A DNA stretch of 64,000 nucleotides from Psammoneis japonica. Taxonomy: Eukaryota. The number at the start of each line of letters is the position of its first letter. Within the stretch, counting starts at the first letter, position 1. The notes under the pieces were generated by a model. The model saw nothing but the letters and a program-made list of their open reading frames with translations. It did not search any database and was not told the origin of the DNA. The stretch is from contig QPGO01000028.1 of the NCBI GenBank assembly GCA_008632985.1, forward strand, positions 62,001-126,000. The letters are read 5' to 3'. Below, piece after piece: positions 13,418-26,218 of the stretch. A program made the translations under genes and the position numbers.

Positions 13418-14199
13418 TTATGTCATGGGGAGTGTATAAATGTGGTCAATGACGCGAAACGACTCGTCGTCTTGCACTTCTCCCCAAACCGTGTGTGTTG
13501 TCATCCAATGCGTCACGGGCTTGTCTTGCCTAAAGAAGCAGAGGAAAAAAGACACGAGCCCCGTTAGCTTTCAGAAGCGTATTGATTGAGAGAACCCTAT
13601 GCAAGAATGACCGTTACTCACGTGGTGATAAAAAAGTCTGGCCCACTGCCGCCCCCAACCCATCCAACCATTCCGTGAGTCATGATTGGTCCGTGACAAG
13701 CGCAATTGGGATCATGTTCAAAGCATTTTTCTGGTGCTTCTGCTCCATGGGGGCAATCTCCAAGGTCAACCGTGATATCCTTGACTAAATCATTCTTGAC
13801 AACGCCTTGAAACAAAAAGTCTTTTTCCGCACGATAGAACTCGCACTCGCTGCATTCGCCCTGAACCAATTTGGCGATATATTCCATGGAGGATCTGCCC
13901 GATAAGTCGGGTCGAAGAACTATCTTTATAGTACCGTGCTTGGTTTCCAACACTAGAGTCTTTTTTGTGGGCATCTTCTTCAACGACAACGCAGTGTCGC
14001 GTTTTCCGCGTTCATTGTCATCTGACATGAACAAAAACAACGAAATTGCCATCAAGAGCAAAAGCGCCACACCAAGAAACAGGTTGTTAATAAGACTCCT
14101 TCGCTTTCGTTTGCTTCCCGACATGGGGTGGGATATCTCGGGTTGCCCTTGTCTCATGGTGATGTTTCGCATCCCCACGGTGTGTGCGCTCTTAGCCAT
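13418..14199 (-). CDS. Cyclophilin-like protein, copy 2 (exons 14199-13622 and 13529-13418); C-terminus truncated
   Basis: Same motifs and intron position as copy 1. Exon 2 reaches TAA at 13420-13418 beside a 1-nt indel relative to copy 3. The start codon is uncertain. Confidence 0.7.
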
Positions 14200-14499
14200 G
14201 CTCCCTCCGTTCCAAAATGCTGTAGGTTGCGACAAACTCGAGTTTATTGCGATGATGCAACGGTTATAAATTGCAACATGCGACCCACCGCACCATCGAT
14301 CATGAAGCACCTTTTTCAAAATAGAAAATTGGTGCGTGGCGCACGCTTGCAGCTTACCGTACAGCATCACTTCTGCGTGATGATGCGGCGCCGCGCTGAA
14401 AAATGGATTTGCGCCGCATGCACCGGCACCGCTCACAGCCATGCCGATGAAGAAAAAGGGACGGCCAGGGAAACATTTGGCCCTGACGCCACGAGAGAG

Positions 14500-16830
14500 G
14501 ATGTTCACAACAGCTGAGCAACAAACACAAAAGAGCTTGAGAAAGTCCCACTTTCTGCATCTGCAAAAATGGGGCCCGCTGCTGACAAGATGGGTGTGTC
14601 AAAAGCCAGCAAGCTTGTTCTTGTGCTGCAAACACCTTCCAGCTCAGCCTGCCCACCTGGAGTGCTGAACAGCATCACTTGAAGCAACTTGCAATGACTC
14701 TGGATGCAAAATTCCAACACATGATTGCGCCACAATGCTGCAGAGAATTTTGCCAACAAACTTCTTGCGGAAAGAGGCCGCAGCCAAAATGCCACCCACA
14801 CAGTGACTTCATGAAAGCTGCAAAGCAAGTGATGTGTGGATGATCAACAACTCAATGTGTTGCCATGCTCAACCCTGCACAATTCCACTGCTGAGTGTGT
14901 GCAGTCCTCACCACAGGAGCAAAACACTGTGTGTTTGTGGCACAATGGGAAGACCCATTTTGTCCCATGGCTGCACACTGCTGCAGTCGACGGAGCTGAT
15001 CTCTGGCTGGAGTTTGCAACACTGCACTTGTGTGAGTGGGTTTCCAAGTCTGTGTGGCACCAGCAAACCCAAAAGAACATTGACTTGGCCAAGGGTGTTG
15101 GCTTGGCACCCCCAGCTTGAGCCAACAAAGTGAAAACGTGGCTGCCCCCATTTCTTGCAACTGGCCACAATCCACAATGCAAAGGTGACTGGTTGGCAGC
15201 AGCAGCTGCAGCAACAGCAGCAGCCACAGCAACACTGTGAGCTGTCAGCAGCTGCAGTCAAGTGCACAAAGAAGTCAAAGACTGCTGAGTTGCCTCTCCA
15301 ACAAGCTTCCAGTTGCTGTCCTGTTCTTGTGGGCAGTTGCACACAAGCAAAACGATGCCAGCTTGTGAACGATGTGCTTCCACAATGTTTCAGCAACCTC
15401 CACAAAAATGTGTTGCCTTGTCCAATGAGAAGACTGTGGCACCTCCAAGCATTGCCTCCAGTGCTGCCACACAGGAAATCACCTCAAAAGTTGCCAAGCT
15501 GATGGTGCCCATTGCAAACAGTGGAAAGATTGCGCAAAGCCTTTCTCAAGAACTTTCAAAGGCCCAGCCACAGGTTTTCAAATTTAAGCAGTTGCTCCCT
15601 TGGGGCAACTCAGCCAAATCTACAGCTGAAAGGTTGCTGGCTGACCAAGCAGCAGAGTCTCAACAAAGGTCTTCAAATCCAAACAGCTGCTCTCCTGGGA
15701 TGACTTGGTGGAACCTTCAACAGGAAGGTTGCTGACCAAGCAAATGGCAGCTGCATTTGAGGTCTTTTCCCTTGTGACAACCTGGAAGAGCCTGCAGCCT
15801 CCTGCAAGCTTGGAAGTCATGGGCTTGACTGTGTGAAAGTTGCCGCATGTGGCAGATTCCAGCAGGTTGAAGGCTCTGTCAGTTGGCCAGTTGATGCTTT
15901 TGCCTTCTGAGATGCACACAGGCTGCAGCACATTGTGCTCCATCCAGAAAATCAGCGCAACAATTTAAGACAGTTCTGCAGGGCTTTCTAATGGCTCGTC
16001 AGTTCTGGCAGGGACATCCACTCTTTGTGATGGGCACTGGACCTTTCTCCCACAATGGCCCAAACCACATGTTGATGAGCTGCTTTCTCTTCCTGACATG
16101 GTGTTTGAAGAGCACTTGTGCACCCGTGTGCTTGGAAATCATCTGTTTTTTCTAAAGAGGTCATTTGTCATGTGTCTTTCATTGAACTTGTGAGTTGTCT
16201 GACATCTCATTGCAGTGCAGCTGACAGTGATGGGTGAGTCCACCCAGGCACTGTCATTTTTTATTTGTTGCTCCAGCCCCCAGTTGGATGTGCTGGCCCA
16301 GGATTTAGAAGGTCCTTCTCCTCTCACACACAATGATGTTGAGGCTTGTGGTGTCTTCTCTTTGTTGTGGCTTGCTTTCTGATCACTTGAGTGCTGGCAT
16401 CATGTGTGTTGAGGGTGTTTTGCCATGGGATGAAGTGCAGGGGATTGGTGCATGTGGAAGTCATGTGTTGGGGGTTGTTGTGGACACAGAAGCCCAGATC
16501 TTTCACAGTGGAAAAGGATTCTCACCTGCTGCTGCACCAAAAACATCAATGAGGGATCTCTTGTTTGCCAAACAGCATTGCTGGAGTGAACCCCACAATG
16601 AGCCAATGCCGGCACTTCAGCCATTGTTGTGGTTGAAAGTGATGCTTGCCAAAGTCATGTTGCCCAAAGTTGTTTGCACCCAACAATGAAGAAGATGTCA
16701 GCTCCTCCCATGATGCCTTTTCCTCATTCACGGGATGCACAAACCCGTGTTTGGAGTCTCGGGCTGGTGCTCAGCTTGCAGGCTCACTGACATGCTTTTT
16801 TTCTTTGATGACGCACCTGGTTGGCGGCAG
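14500..16830. other. TpA-depleted degenerate block 2 (unassigned TE-like remnant)
   Basis: TA is nearly absent and there is no credible intact ORF. Confidence 0.8.
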
Positions 16831-17064
16831 TGGCGGTCCCATCGAGTGCAGCTGCAAGTGATTGGATTCCAAGACGACTTTCTTCAGAAATGTGATGCGT
16901 GTGGATGTGGTCATTGTAAAGGAGAAAACGTTTACATCGATTGCCGTAGCATCAGAGGACTGGATTTGGACCGTCGTGAGGCGTGCATTGATGAATGCAG
17001 CAACAGCGTGGCGGGTGTTATTAATTGGCTCATTGTTTGGCGTTCTTACATTCGTCCGAAATGA
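16829..17064 (+). pseudogene. Truncated duplicate of the Cys-rich TM gene (12684-13262)
   Basis: QVIGFQDDFLQKCDACGCGHCKGENVYIDCR matches the intact copy. The 5' half is missing and there are two internal deletions, one removing most of the TM segment. Confidence 0.85.
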
Positions 17065-17149
17065 TAGAATTCACTACAACAGTTTTGGGTATTGAGCATT
17101 GGAACGAAGTTAAACCTACATTTTGTATCCGTGCATTCTTTTGCTATTT

Positions 17150-17973
17150 CTACAATTCATCCGTCAACCTCGCCTTGAATGGGATTCTCTCCTCCAGCAT
17201 GGTCATGCCCTTTCCCGCCGCGGGGAGTGTATAAATATGGTCAATGACACGAAACGACTCGTCGTCTTGCACTTCTCCCCACACCGTGTGCGTCGTCATC
17301 CAATGAGTCACGGGCGTGTCTTGTCTAGAGAAGCAGAGGAAGAAAAGACACACGAGTGCCGTTAGCTTTCAAAAGCTTGTTGTTGACGATAGAGCCTCTG
17401 TTAGAACATGACCGTTACTTACGTGGTGATGAAAAAGTCGGGCCCACTGCCGCCCCCGGCCCATCCAACCATTCCATGAGTCATGATTGGTCCGTGACAA
17501 GCGCAATTGGGGTCGTGTTCAAAGCATTTTTCTGGAGCTTCTGCTCCCTGCGGACAGTCTCCCAATTCAACCGTGATGTCCTTGACTAAATCATTCTTGA
17601 TAATGCCCTGAAATAAAAATGCTTTTTCGGCACGATAAAACTCGCACTTGCTGCATTCGCCCTGGACCAATTTACCAATATATTCCATAGAAGAACTACC
17701 TGATAAGTCGGGTCGAAGAACAATCTTTATAGCTCCGTGTTTGGTTTCCAACACTAGAGTCTTTTTTGTGGGCGTCTTCTTCAACAACATGGTGCCGCTG
17801 TTTTCGCGTTTATTGTCATTTGACAAGAACAAAAACAACGATAGTGCCACTAAGAGCAACAGCACCACACCAAGAAATAGGTTCTTAACACTGCTTTCCT
17901 TTCGTTTACTTCCCGACATGGGGTGGGATATCTCGGGTTGTCCTTGTTTCATGCTGACGTTTTGCATCTTCAT
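17150..17973 (-). CDS. Cyclophilin-like protein, copy 3 (exons 17973-17423 and 17324-17150)
   Basis: Closely similar to copy 2. GTAAGT donor and TAG acceptor; intact C-terminus ...EERIPFKARLTDEL*. The start codon is uncertain. Confidence 0.8.
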
Positions 17974-19604
17974 GGTGTGCGCCGCTTTTCGTTCGCGTTG
18001 TGCTACCGGAGGACTCAACCGGTCCCGGCGTCCGTGACTGAAATTTCACCACGGTGAAGCACGAGAGTCGAATAATTCGATTGGACTCAACCGTCCGATT
18101 TTGCATTGAAAACGGCTGTTGTACTTTGATGCATCTCGCCATGGCATACATCGTTGGGTCGATGTATCTTTCATGTGGGATCTTTTTCTATCGTTGTTAT
18201 AAAGAGGTTGATGCATTGGTTTGGTTTCCTGGGGGGCTTTGGTGGCGACACACGGTACAAACGGTTGCGTGCCTCGACTCGTGACTCGATTGCTGCACGG
18301 TACGGGTGACATCTGAATGGTCGACAACGTTGCCGTGGTAAGTTCTTTCTGTGTTTTCTCATTTTATACCGTTTATCTACTCACTGAAGATGTTGTTTGT
18401 GCTTTGTTACAGCTTCATAGGAGGATATATCGTCTCGTACGGTCGATTATTGCATCTGCAATATTGGCATCTTTTTCACGTCGTCGTCATCACAAAAGCG
18501 CATCCGTTTGGGAGCCTTGTGCTTCATCCCACTCCACATCTTTTGGTACATCTATTTTTACTATTTATTTGGACTTGTGACAAGCTTGATATGTTTTTGA
18601 AGGTCTTGGTCGGCTCGTAATCACAGCATGTCGTTTTTCGGCGATAACAATTTCTTGAAAGTGCATGCCGTGGGAACAAAACGATGCGATGGAGTCTCGG
18701 GGATACTCACGACATTGGCATTTGTCAGACAGCCTTTCCATAGTCCAAAGAAGGTAACCCTGTGAGCATGTTGTGATTGATTGAGTTTTGGACTCGTTTT
18801 GACGAAACTTGCATACCTCACGAGCCTTTTTTGGTGTGTCTCGATCATGCGCACAGGTGTCTGGTCCTTTTTGACCCTTTCCACCTACCCTTCAACCGCA
18901 TTATCATCATTATCTAAGACGCAATATTGTCCACGTTATTTTGGGAGATCTTTGTGGTGTAACTACGACTCTAGGCTTTGCAATGGGTAAAATGGGAAGG
19001 TTGAGGCTTGTGTTGGCGGGTTCATCGCCTCCTCTTGAATGCGCAGATGCCACGAACCGCTGATGTTACTTGGGGGCATAAAAATTAGTAAGGCGACTCA
19101 GCTCTACATTTAAAAGGTGCCCTAGTGAGTATACTGTGACATGTAACCCCAATGGATTATTATTGTGTACGTTGTTCCACTCATATTTTCATTTTGCCTG
19201 TCATTTTCCAGTGTGACTGTCGTTGACCGTTAAAGCTTGCAGTGGCATTTCCAGGCCCATGTTCTACATGACAGATATCTTTTGATACTCTTTGCTCATA
19301 TGGGGAAATCAGATCCTGAGCACTCAGTTCCTAGTCGGGTGTAGAGAGGTACAAGTGCAATGGATGAAATTTGGACCAGGGCACAGATGGAGTTGGGGCG
19401 AACGTGCTGTTTCTTCTCGCTGGTAGAGTTAGTTAGTGTGGGTGTGCGTGCGGATGGCCTCTCTATTTAGGGCTACTACTCTCTAGAGTGCTACAGTGCC
19501 ACTCTAGAGTAGAACTTGGCGCAAAAGGTAAGAGATCAATTTTTTTGTGATTTTCGACTCGTCGCGGCATCTTCGGCGTTGTCCGTTGACGACGATAAGC
19601 AATC

Positions 19605-19813
19605 NNNNNNNNNNNNNNNNNNNNNNNNNNNNNNNNNNNNNNNNNNNNNNNNNNNNNNNNNNNNNNNNNNNNNNNNNNNNNNNNNNNNNNNNNNNNNNNN
19701 NNNNNNNNNNNNNNNNNNNNNNNNNNNNNNNNNNNNNNNNNNNNNNNNNNNNNNNNNNNNNNNNNNNNNNNNNNNNNNNNNNNNNNNNNNNNNNNNNNNN
19801 NNNNNNNNNNNNN
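19605..19813. other. Assembly gap (N run)
   Basis: 209 consecutive N. Confidence 1.
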
Positions 19814-19975
19814 AAAAAAGATCTTTTAGTTATAAATCTTAGGCGTGTGTGATTTGCAATCGAGCTATTGGCGCGCGCGCGCGGCGATCGACTCCATAAT
19901 TGCGCGTTCAATGCCGAGTTCAGAGTGCCGAGCGAGACGAAGACAGCAACAAGCAACAATAGACGACTATTCACC

Positions 19976-21199
19976 ATGGCGCAACAGCAGCAAGAACAAA
20001 TCGTAGATTCTGCAGTCTACGAGCTGTCGCCAAAGCACACCATCAGTTTCAGCATCAAAGATTTTGAAAATCTCTCACATGAACGTGGAGAGGACATTGT
20101 CTCGCCGGAACTTTCTTGCCATGGACATTTGTGGACAATCGCAGTGTATCCCCGTGGAAGCCCGCGTTCCAGCGAAAGCACAGTTCACGTCTCTGTCGTT
20201 TTGACACGTGAAAACATGCAGGACAATGAAACTGTGAAAGCAAAATTTTCATTTCGGGTAGGAAACAAGACGCGGTCGACAGAGATCGAGAGAGATTTTG
20301 TCAGTGAGTCGCTTGGGTGGGGGTGGACGGACTTTGTCGAGCGGAGCACTGTACTCGATCCTGCCGAGGGATATCTCGAGAATGGAGTTCTCACTGTCAA
20401 GGCTGACATTCAGATTGTACTTGTCGTCAAGCCTGAGATTTGGCGCCCCAGAGGCACGCTCCAAAAGGACGTCAAGGAGTTGTTTGAATCTATGGATTTC
20501 TCGGATGTTACCTTTTCTGTTGGCGGCCATAGCTTTCAGGCTCACAAGAACATTCTCGCCATGCGTGCTTCAGGACTTGCTGAAACATTCCAGTGTGAAT
20601 CTGGAAAAGACAAGGGTGAGGCCATTGTGATTGATGGATTTGATCCTTCGGTATTTCAGGCTTTTCTGCATCACGCGTACCTTGATGAGCTTCCCGGGGA
20701 TGCCGACACGTGCAAGGATGTCACGGCTCTTCTTGATCTTGCCGACAAGTTTGGTTGCACCAGTCTCAAGCTTTGCGCGGAAGCCAAGCTTGCAGAATCC
20801 TTTGTTTCAGATGACAACGTGATTGACATGATTCTAGATGCAGACAGCAAGAACTGTCCGTTGCTCAAGGAAGCTGCGCTCAAGTTTTTCGTTGACAACA
20901 AGGAGAAACTGATGAGGACCGAGGCTTTCCGCTCTATTGAATCACCCAGATTGCTCCAAGAGTTGATTGCAGCTGACTTTCAGGTTAGGGCCAATGACCA
21001 AGGAGCCAGTGTGGAAAACATGGGCGTTTCTACTCTTCGTAGGAAGCTTGATGAAGCCGGACACGACGTGGACGGCACTCGAGAAACGCTCGTAAAGCGT
21101 CTTAAAACGGCAGCGAATGCCGAGGGCGTGAAGGAATTGTCGGAAGAAAACTCCGACAGTGATGAAGAAAACTCCGACAGTGATGATGGAGATGAATAG
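19976..21199 (+). CDS. MATH-BTB/POZ (SPOP-like) protein, copy A
   Basis: MATH motifs (CHGHLWTIAVYPRG, GWGWTDFV, GVLTVKADI) and BTB motifs (FSDVTFSVGGHSFQAHKNILAMRA, LLDLADKFG), then LRRKLDEAGHDVDGTRETLVKRL and an acidic tail. Confidence 0.9.
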   Translation: MAQQQQEQIVDSAVYELSPKHTISFSIKDFENLSHERGEDIVSPELSCHGHLWTIAVYPRGSPRSSESTVHVSVVLTRENMQDNETVKAKFSFRVGNKTRSTEIERDFVSESLGWGWTDFVERSTVLDPAEGYLENGVLTVKADIQIVLVVKPEIWRPRGTLQKDVKELFESMDFSDVTFSVGGHSFQAHKNILAMRASGLAETFQCESGKDKGEAIVIDGFDPSVFQAFLHHAYLDELPGDADTCKDVTALLDLADKFGCTSLKLCAEAKLAESFVSDDNVIDMILDADSKNCPLLKEAALKFFVDNKEKLMRTEAFRSIESPRLLQELIAADFQVRANDQGASVENMGVSTLRRKLDEAGHDVDGTRETLVKRLKTAANAEGVKELSEENSDSDEENSDSDDGDE

Positions 21200-21414
21200 G
21201 AAGCACGTATGTAAGTCCAACAATTCAAGGGAGGGGTTGGCTATCACCCACATGAATATCTTACGTATGCGATGTATAGATAGACGTGCAATAAGAACAA
21301 ACAGAATAATCCATGTTATTCTAAGAAGGTGTCGCCTTTATTGTAACGATAAACAAGTTCAAAACAAACCGTCGACTTGTGTGGCATTATCATGCATGTA
21401 GATTTATTTACTCT

Positions 21415-22030
21415 CGAATCCATTTGGCAGTAAAGGGGTCTTGTCTTTCAAATACACGTCAAGCGCCCAGGTTTTCCGGGAGTGTGTGAATGTGTTGAAT
21501 AACGCGGAACGACTCGTCATTTTGCAGCTCTCCCCAAATCGTGTGCTGCGGTCCCCACCAAGTAGCCGGCTTTTCGTGCCAGACAAAAAAAATGAAATTA
21601 GAAAGACCCATGGCATAAACTCACTTTCAGACCTGTCAAGAAAGCTGACAAGGTTGCAACTTACGCATTGACAAAAAAGTCGCGACCACCACCACTGCTT
21701 CTGGTTTTCTCTTGTGGCACTCTCCAGAGGTCGCTTCAGCCGCTGCTGCACACAAAATCCAATGCATTCGTGTGTGCATTGAATTGTCTGTTCTCAAATC
21801 AATTTGGGAGCAAAAGGGATCTTTTCTTGTAAATGCTTCAAGCGCCCTGGTTTTGCTGGAAGTGTGTGTGTGTGTGTGCGTTGAACAATGCAAAACAACT
21901 TCTTGTTTTGCAGCTCTCCCCAAACCGTGTGCTGTGGTCCCCATCAAGCAGCCGGCTTTTCGTGCCAGAAAGAAAATTGAGAAGAAGACCTTTGGTGTAA
22001 ACTTGCTTTTTTAGGCTGGTCAAGAAAGCC
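21415..22030 (-). pseudogene. Two tandem remnants of the cyclophilin-like intron and exon 2
   Basis: Reverse-complement matches to 25590-25844 (KPATWWGPQHTIWGELQNDESF) at about 21415-21690 and 21785-22030. Confidence 0.8.
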
Positions 22031-24830
22031 TTGCAAGAGGCACAGATGCAGACATTTTTGATTTCCAAAATGTGGCAGTCATTGTGTTCACAATGTGCCA
22101 TGCATGGTTTTGGCAAACAGAAATGGAGACAAATGGTGGCTGGCAGTTTTGCCATGTCAGTGGCAAGGGAGGCTCAGCAGCATTGGATGCAGTGTGTGCA
22201 GCATGCCTTGTCATGGGGCACTGCAGGAAACAGAGCTGCAACATTCAGAATCCCTTGCACCTGTGCGTCACCTGCATGGGACCTCAATTTCCACTGGCGG
22301 GCACTCCACAACTGGCCAACCACCCCTCAACATGCCAACAAAAATGTGCTGGAGATGACTGATGTCCTCCTCTCCCCAAAAAACTTTGTGACAATCCAGC
22401 TGAAGGGGGCAAGAGGCATGGTTTCTTACAACAGGAAATTGGTCATCCAAAATGGCCAAACTGGAATCAAGCTCCAAACACTGACTCAAAAACATGGTCC
22501 AAAAATGCAGCATGCTGCCATTGATGGGAAAACATTGTCACAAGGAGAACAGCCTGTGGGAGGCCACATTGCACACACTCTGTGGCTCCATCTGGCTGGC
22601 AGCTTGAGTTCAATGCACAACAATGAGGAGCAAGCTCAAAAGATCTGCAGTTTGTCTGTTGATTTGATGTTGCATCATTCTTGTGTGGAGCAAAGCAGTG
22701 GTTGGTAAAATCAAAATGACCTGGCATGATGGCAGCAGTGCAAACCTCCTCCCTCTTCCTCCCTCTCTTCCTTTCTTGTCATCTTTTCATCCATCCTTGT
22801 TGACACCTTTAGCTCAATGCTCTTTTGTCCTCTAGATGTTGATGACAACCAAGGTCAGTTCTCAGATGAAACCACAAGTCAGCCATGCTGGATGATTCAG
22901 CAAGCATGGAAGAAGCTCGTGCACGGTGTGCGTGGTGTGTGCACCATTGAAATGGCAGTTGAGTGAAGTGTGCCAGTTTGCAAATTGCAGCAAAAAGTGG
23001 GCAGAAGAGAAGCAAAGTAAATGACAGAAACTTTGTGATCTTCAGCTCTCACCACAAACTTGCTCACTTCAAGCTGGGCTTGTTGGGCAAGAGGGTTTGT
23101 CCCTCTGTCAGGAGATCTTTGATTTTCTTTCACTCCCTCACAGCTGTGTGTGAGGAAGACCAAGGGTGCCAGCTAGTTGCACAATTTGACAAGCTGATCT
23201 TTTGGCAGCAGCTTGGCAATTGCATCTTCAATCTGATCCTTGGCAGAGATGTGCTCTGTAGTGTGATGGAAATGACACAGATGGAGGTGGGCAAGTGCTT
23301 TGCACCAGGTTGCATGCAATGGCCAGCAGCGATCATGACACACAGCACACAGCCTTTGGCATTGCAGCAATCAATGAAAAGCCCTTGCATTGCAGCTCAT
23401 TTGTGATGTTCACAGCAACGTGTGCCACTCAATGTCACTGCAATGATTGGGGCAAAATTGCAAAAGTGCAGTGTGTTGTTGTCCCATGTCTTGGCATCTT
23501 CAACCTTGTGGGGAGCAGAGTTTGGATTGTTGAAAGTTTTGAAGTGAAAAGAGGAATTGCTTCTGCTTCTTTCACTTGGTTGTTGGTGGTTTTTCATTGT
23601 CCTCATCCTTGGCCTTGGACTTGGTGGCATTTTCTTGCATTTGTGTGACATCCACACAGCCACCACATCCTCCTCCTGCAGGGTGCTGTTGGTTTCCTTG
23701 AAGCTCCTTTCCTTTGCAATGACTCAGTTTGTCAAGTTCTGGGAGTTGGCAATGGTTCTGTCCTCGAAGCATGGCTGGTTTGAGCAGTCGTGGCCCATTG
23801 TGCCCAGGAGGCAGTTGCTGCTGAGCACAACAGTGCACTGCGACAATGTCCTGCAGGTGCTCTGCTTGATGCAACATGTGGTGCTGGGTTGTTGCAAGGG
23901 AAAACAGATGGGTGTGTTTGTCATTGATGGAGGGCATGTGGAAATCACACTGCCAGCATCCAATTCCAGGACATTGTTGAGGGCAGACAGATGAAGTGAT
24001 GGCAAAGATGGCACGTGAAATTTCCGCAGAGTGGGGCCATTTTTGTGTTTGGGCATGTTGGCAAACTGTCAAAACCAGCGCTGCAGAGAGACCCTGCAAA
24101 TGGAGTTCTTGGACCAGCGACAGAGCACTTTCAAACTCTGCTGGGCCAGGTCATTTTTTGTGACTCATGCAATGTGCACAGCTTCAGTCTCTGTCTCAGC
24201 GGTTTGTTGGCAGTTGTCAAAGAGGCCATGCACATTGACAGCACATGTGCTGTGACCATCTTTGTGACATTCCAGCAAGCATCTCTGGCTTTTGCCTCCA
24301 AGGGAGTCATGAGCTGTGGAAAAAGTGGGGCAGCCAATTTTGCCATGCCCAAGCTGCCAAAGTGCACACTCAAGAGACAAGACGAAATGTGTTGTTTGAC
24401 TTGATTGTTGGCCATTTCTTGGAAGCACTGGCAAAAGACAGCTCTTGGAGAATCAATGGTTTGAAAAATGAGAAGATGACTTGAAAAGAATGGACAAAAC
24501 AGCAGCAGGGTCTTCATCAAGACCGTGCCCCCCAGTGCACTGGTGGGGAGCACCAGAGCACTGCGCACGACAGCTGCAGCAACGGTGTGCAGAAAGGTCA
24601 TCCCAATGGTGGTGGGTGACAACAACACATGCACAACTGTGACAATGTCAAAGGAGTGTCTCGTTACAGTGGAGGTGCAGAAAATGTCGTGGGATGGTGT
24701 CTTGTCAGATGAGGGTCCCGATGAGATGCCGTGAGAGAGCCACATGAGCAAGAGTGCGCTGCAATGCTCATTTGGGCTCGAACCTTTTAAATGACAGTGA
24801 AGCAAAGTGCGCTGGTTTGCAGATTGTGGT
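21700..24830. other. TpA-depleted degenerate block 3
   Basis: TA is nearly absent. Minus-strand fragments at about 23400-24500 loosely resemble a retroelement gag-like ORF, but this is not established. Confidence 0.8.
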
Positions 24831-25029
24831 AGAAAGTGAATGGAAGAACTGAAAAGAAGCGAGGAATTTTGTGATCATCTTCAGTTCGCCGCGATCTTAC
24901 GATGCTCGCTTCAACTGGGCGGGCTTCGCTTGTTGGACTTTGGTCCGTCCCTCCATCACGAGATCTTTTTTCTCACAATGACTATCTCGCCTCTCGCCCG
25001 ATCGCTGTCAACAGTCAACAGCAACAACC

Positions 25030-25844
25030 ATGAAGAGACAAGAACGTCCCGATTTGACAAACCCCATGTCAAACAGCAAGTCAAAAGGCAGTAGCAATAA
25101 TGCCTTGACCATGACGATTGCTGTAGTCATGGTTTTGCTAGTTTCAGTCATGTTGGGCATGGCCGTATTGTTGCTCTCGGCAACGCAGCAGCAGCAGCAA
25201 GGCAACAACAACAACAACAACTTGCGAGTATCAACAAAGAGCGAAATTCTTGTACTGGAAACACAATACGGTGATATAAGGATCCGATTGAGACCCGATT
25301 TGTCGTCTGAATCGATTGAATACCTGCACAACTTGATCGGCAAGGGTTGTACGCGATGCGAGTTTTACAGAGCAGAAAAGGAGGGTATTTTTCAGGGTGC
25401 TCTCGCAAACCCCAATGTTCCTAAAGTACAAACCCTTGGCAAGTGTCCCGATGGTGTCGAGTTGCCGAAAATATGCAATATCAAACCAAAGAATCCCATC
25501 TGTGCTTGTCACGGACCAATCATGGTAAACGGTATGGTGGGATGGGCCGGCGGAGGTGGTGGTCCCGACTTTTTTGTCAATACGTAAGTTGCAACCACTT
25601 GTAAGGATTTCTCGATATAGGGTCTGAAAGCGATTATATGCTAAGGGTTTTTGCTTTTCAATTATCTGTTAGGCACGAAAAGCCGGCTACTTGGTGGGGA
25701 CCGCAGCACACGGTTTGGGGAGAGCTGCAAAATGACGAGTCGTTTCGCATCATTCAACACATTTTTACACTCCCGGTAAAACCAGGGCGCTTGACGTATT
25801 TACAAGAAAAGATCCCCTTTACTCCCAAATTGATTCGAGAATAG
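25030..25844 (+). CDS. Cyclophilin-like protein, copy 4 (exons 25030-25583 and 25673-25844)
   Basis: TM segment, poly-Q/N linker, motifs LETQYGDIRIRLRPDLS, FYRAEKEGIFQG and GGGGGPDFFVN. GTAAGT donor and TAG acceptor; exon 2 HEKPATWWGPQHTVWGE. Confidence 0.85.
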
Positions 25845-25934
25845 ATCAATCCATGCACACATCATAATGCGTTGGATTTTGTCTGCAACAGCGGCTGAAG
25901 CGGCCTCTAGAGAGGGTACCGCAAGAAGCATAGC

Positions 25935-26218
25935 GGTCCCGACATTTTTGACAATGCGTAAGTTGCAACCTTGTAAGGCTTTCTCGATAGGTCTGAAAGT
26001 AAGTTTACGGTAAAGATCTCTTGCTTTTCAATTTTCTGTTCCGCACGACAAACCGCTACTTGTTGGTGGGGGCGCAGCACACGGTTTGGGGAGAGCTACA
26101 AAATGATGAGTCGTTCCGCATTATTCAACACATTTATACACTCCCTGTAAAACCATGGCGTTTGACGTGTATTCAAAGGAAAAGATCCCTTTTACTATCA
26201 AATTTGATTCGAGAATAG
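25935..26218 (+). pseudogene. Tandem duplicate of the copy 4 intron and exon 2
   Basis: Repeats about 25561-25844. The acceptor tctgttAG has become tctgttcc and there are small indels. Confidence 0.8.

Noticed and set aside
14500..16700. Assigning block 2 (and most of blocks 1 and 3) to a specific TE family
   Set aside because: Only vague gag-like or Cys-cluster hints; too decayed to support a call without a homology search.
19474..19512. Short palindromes (actctctagagtg / cactctagagtag) near the gap
   Set aside because: Too short, and no partner end or TSD can be checked because of the gap.
19504..19977. ORFs spanning the N run
   Set aside because: They are artefacts of the assembly gap.
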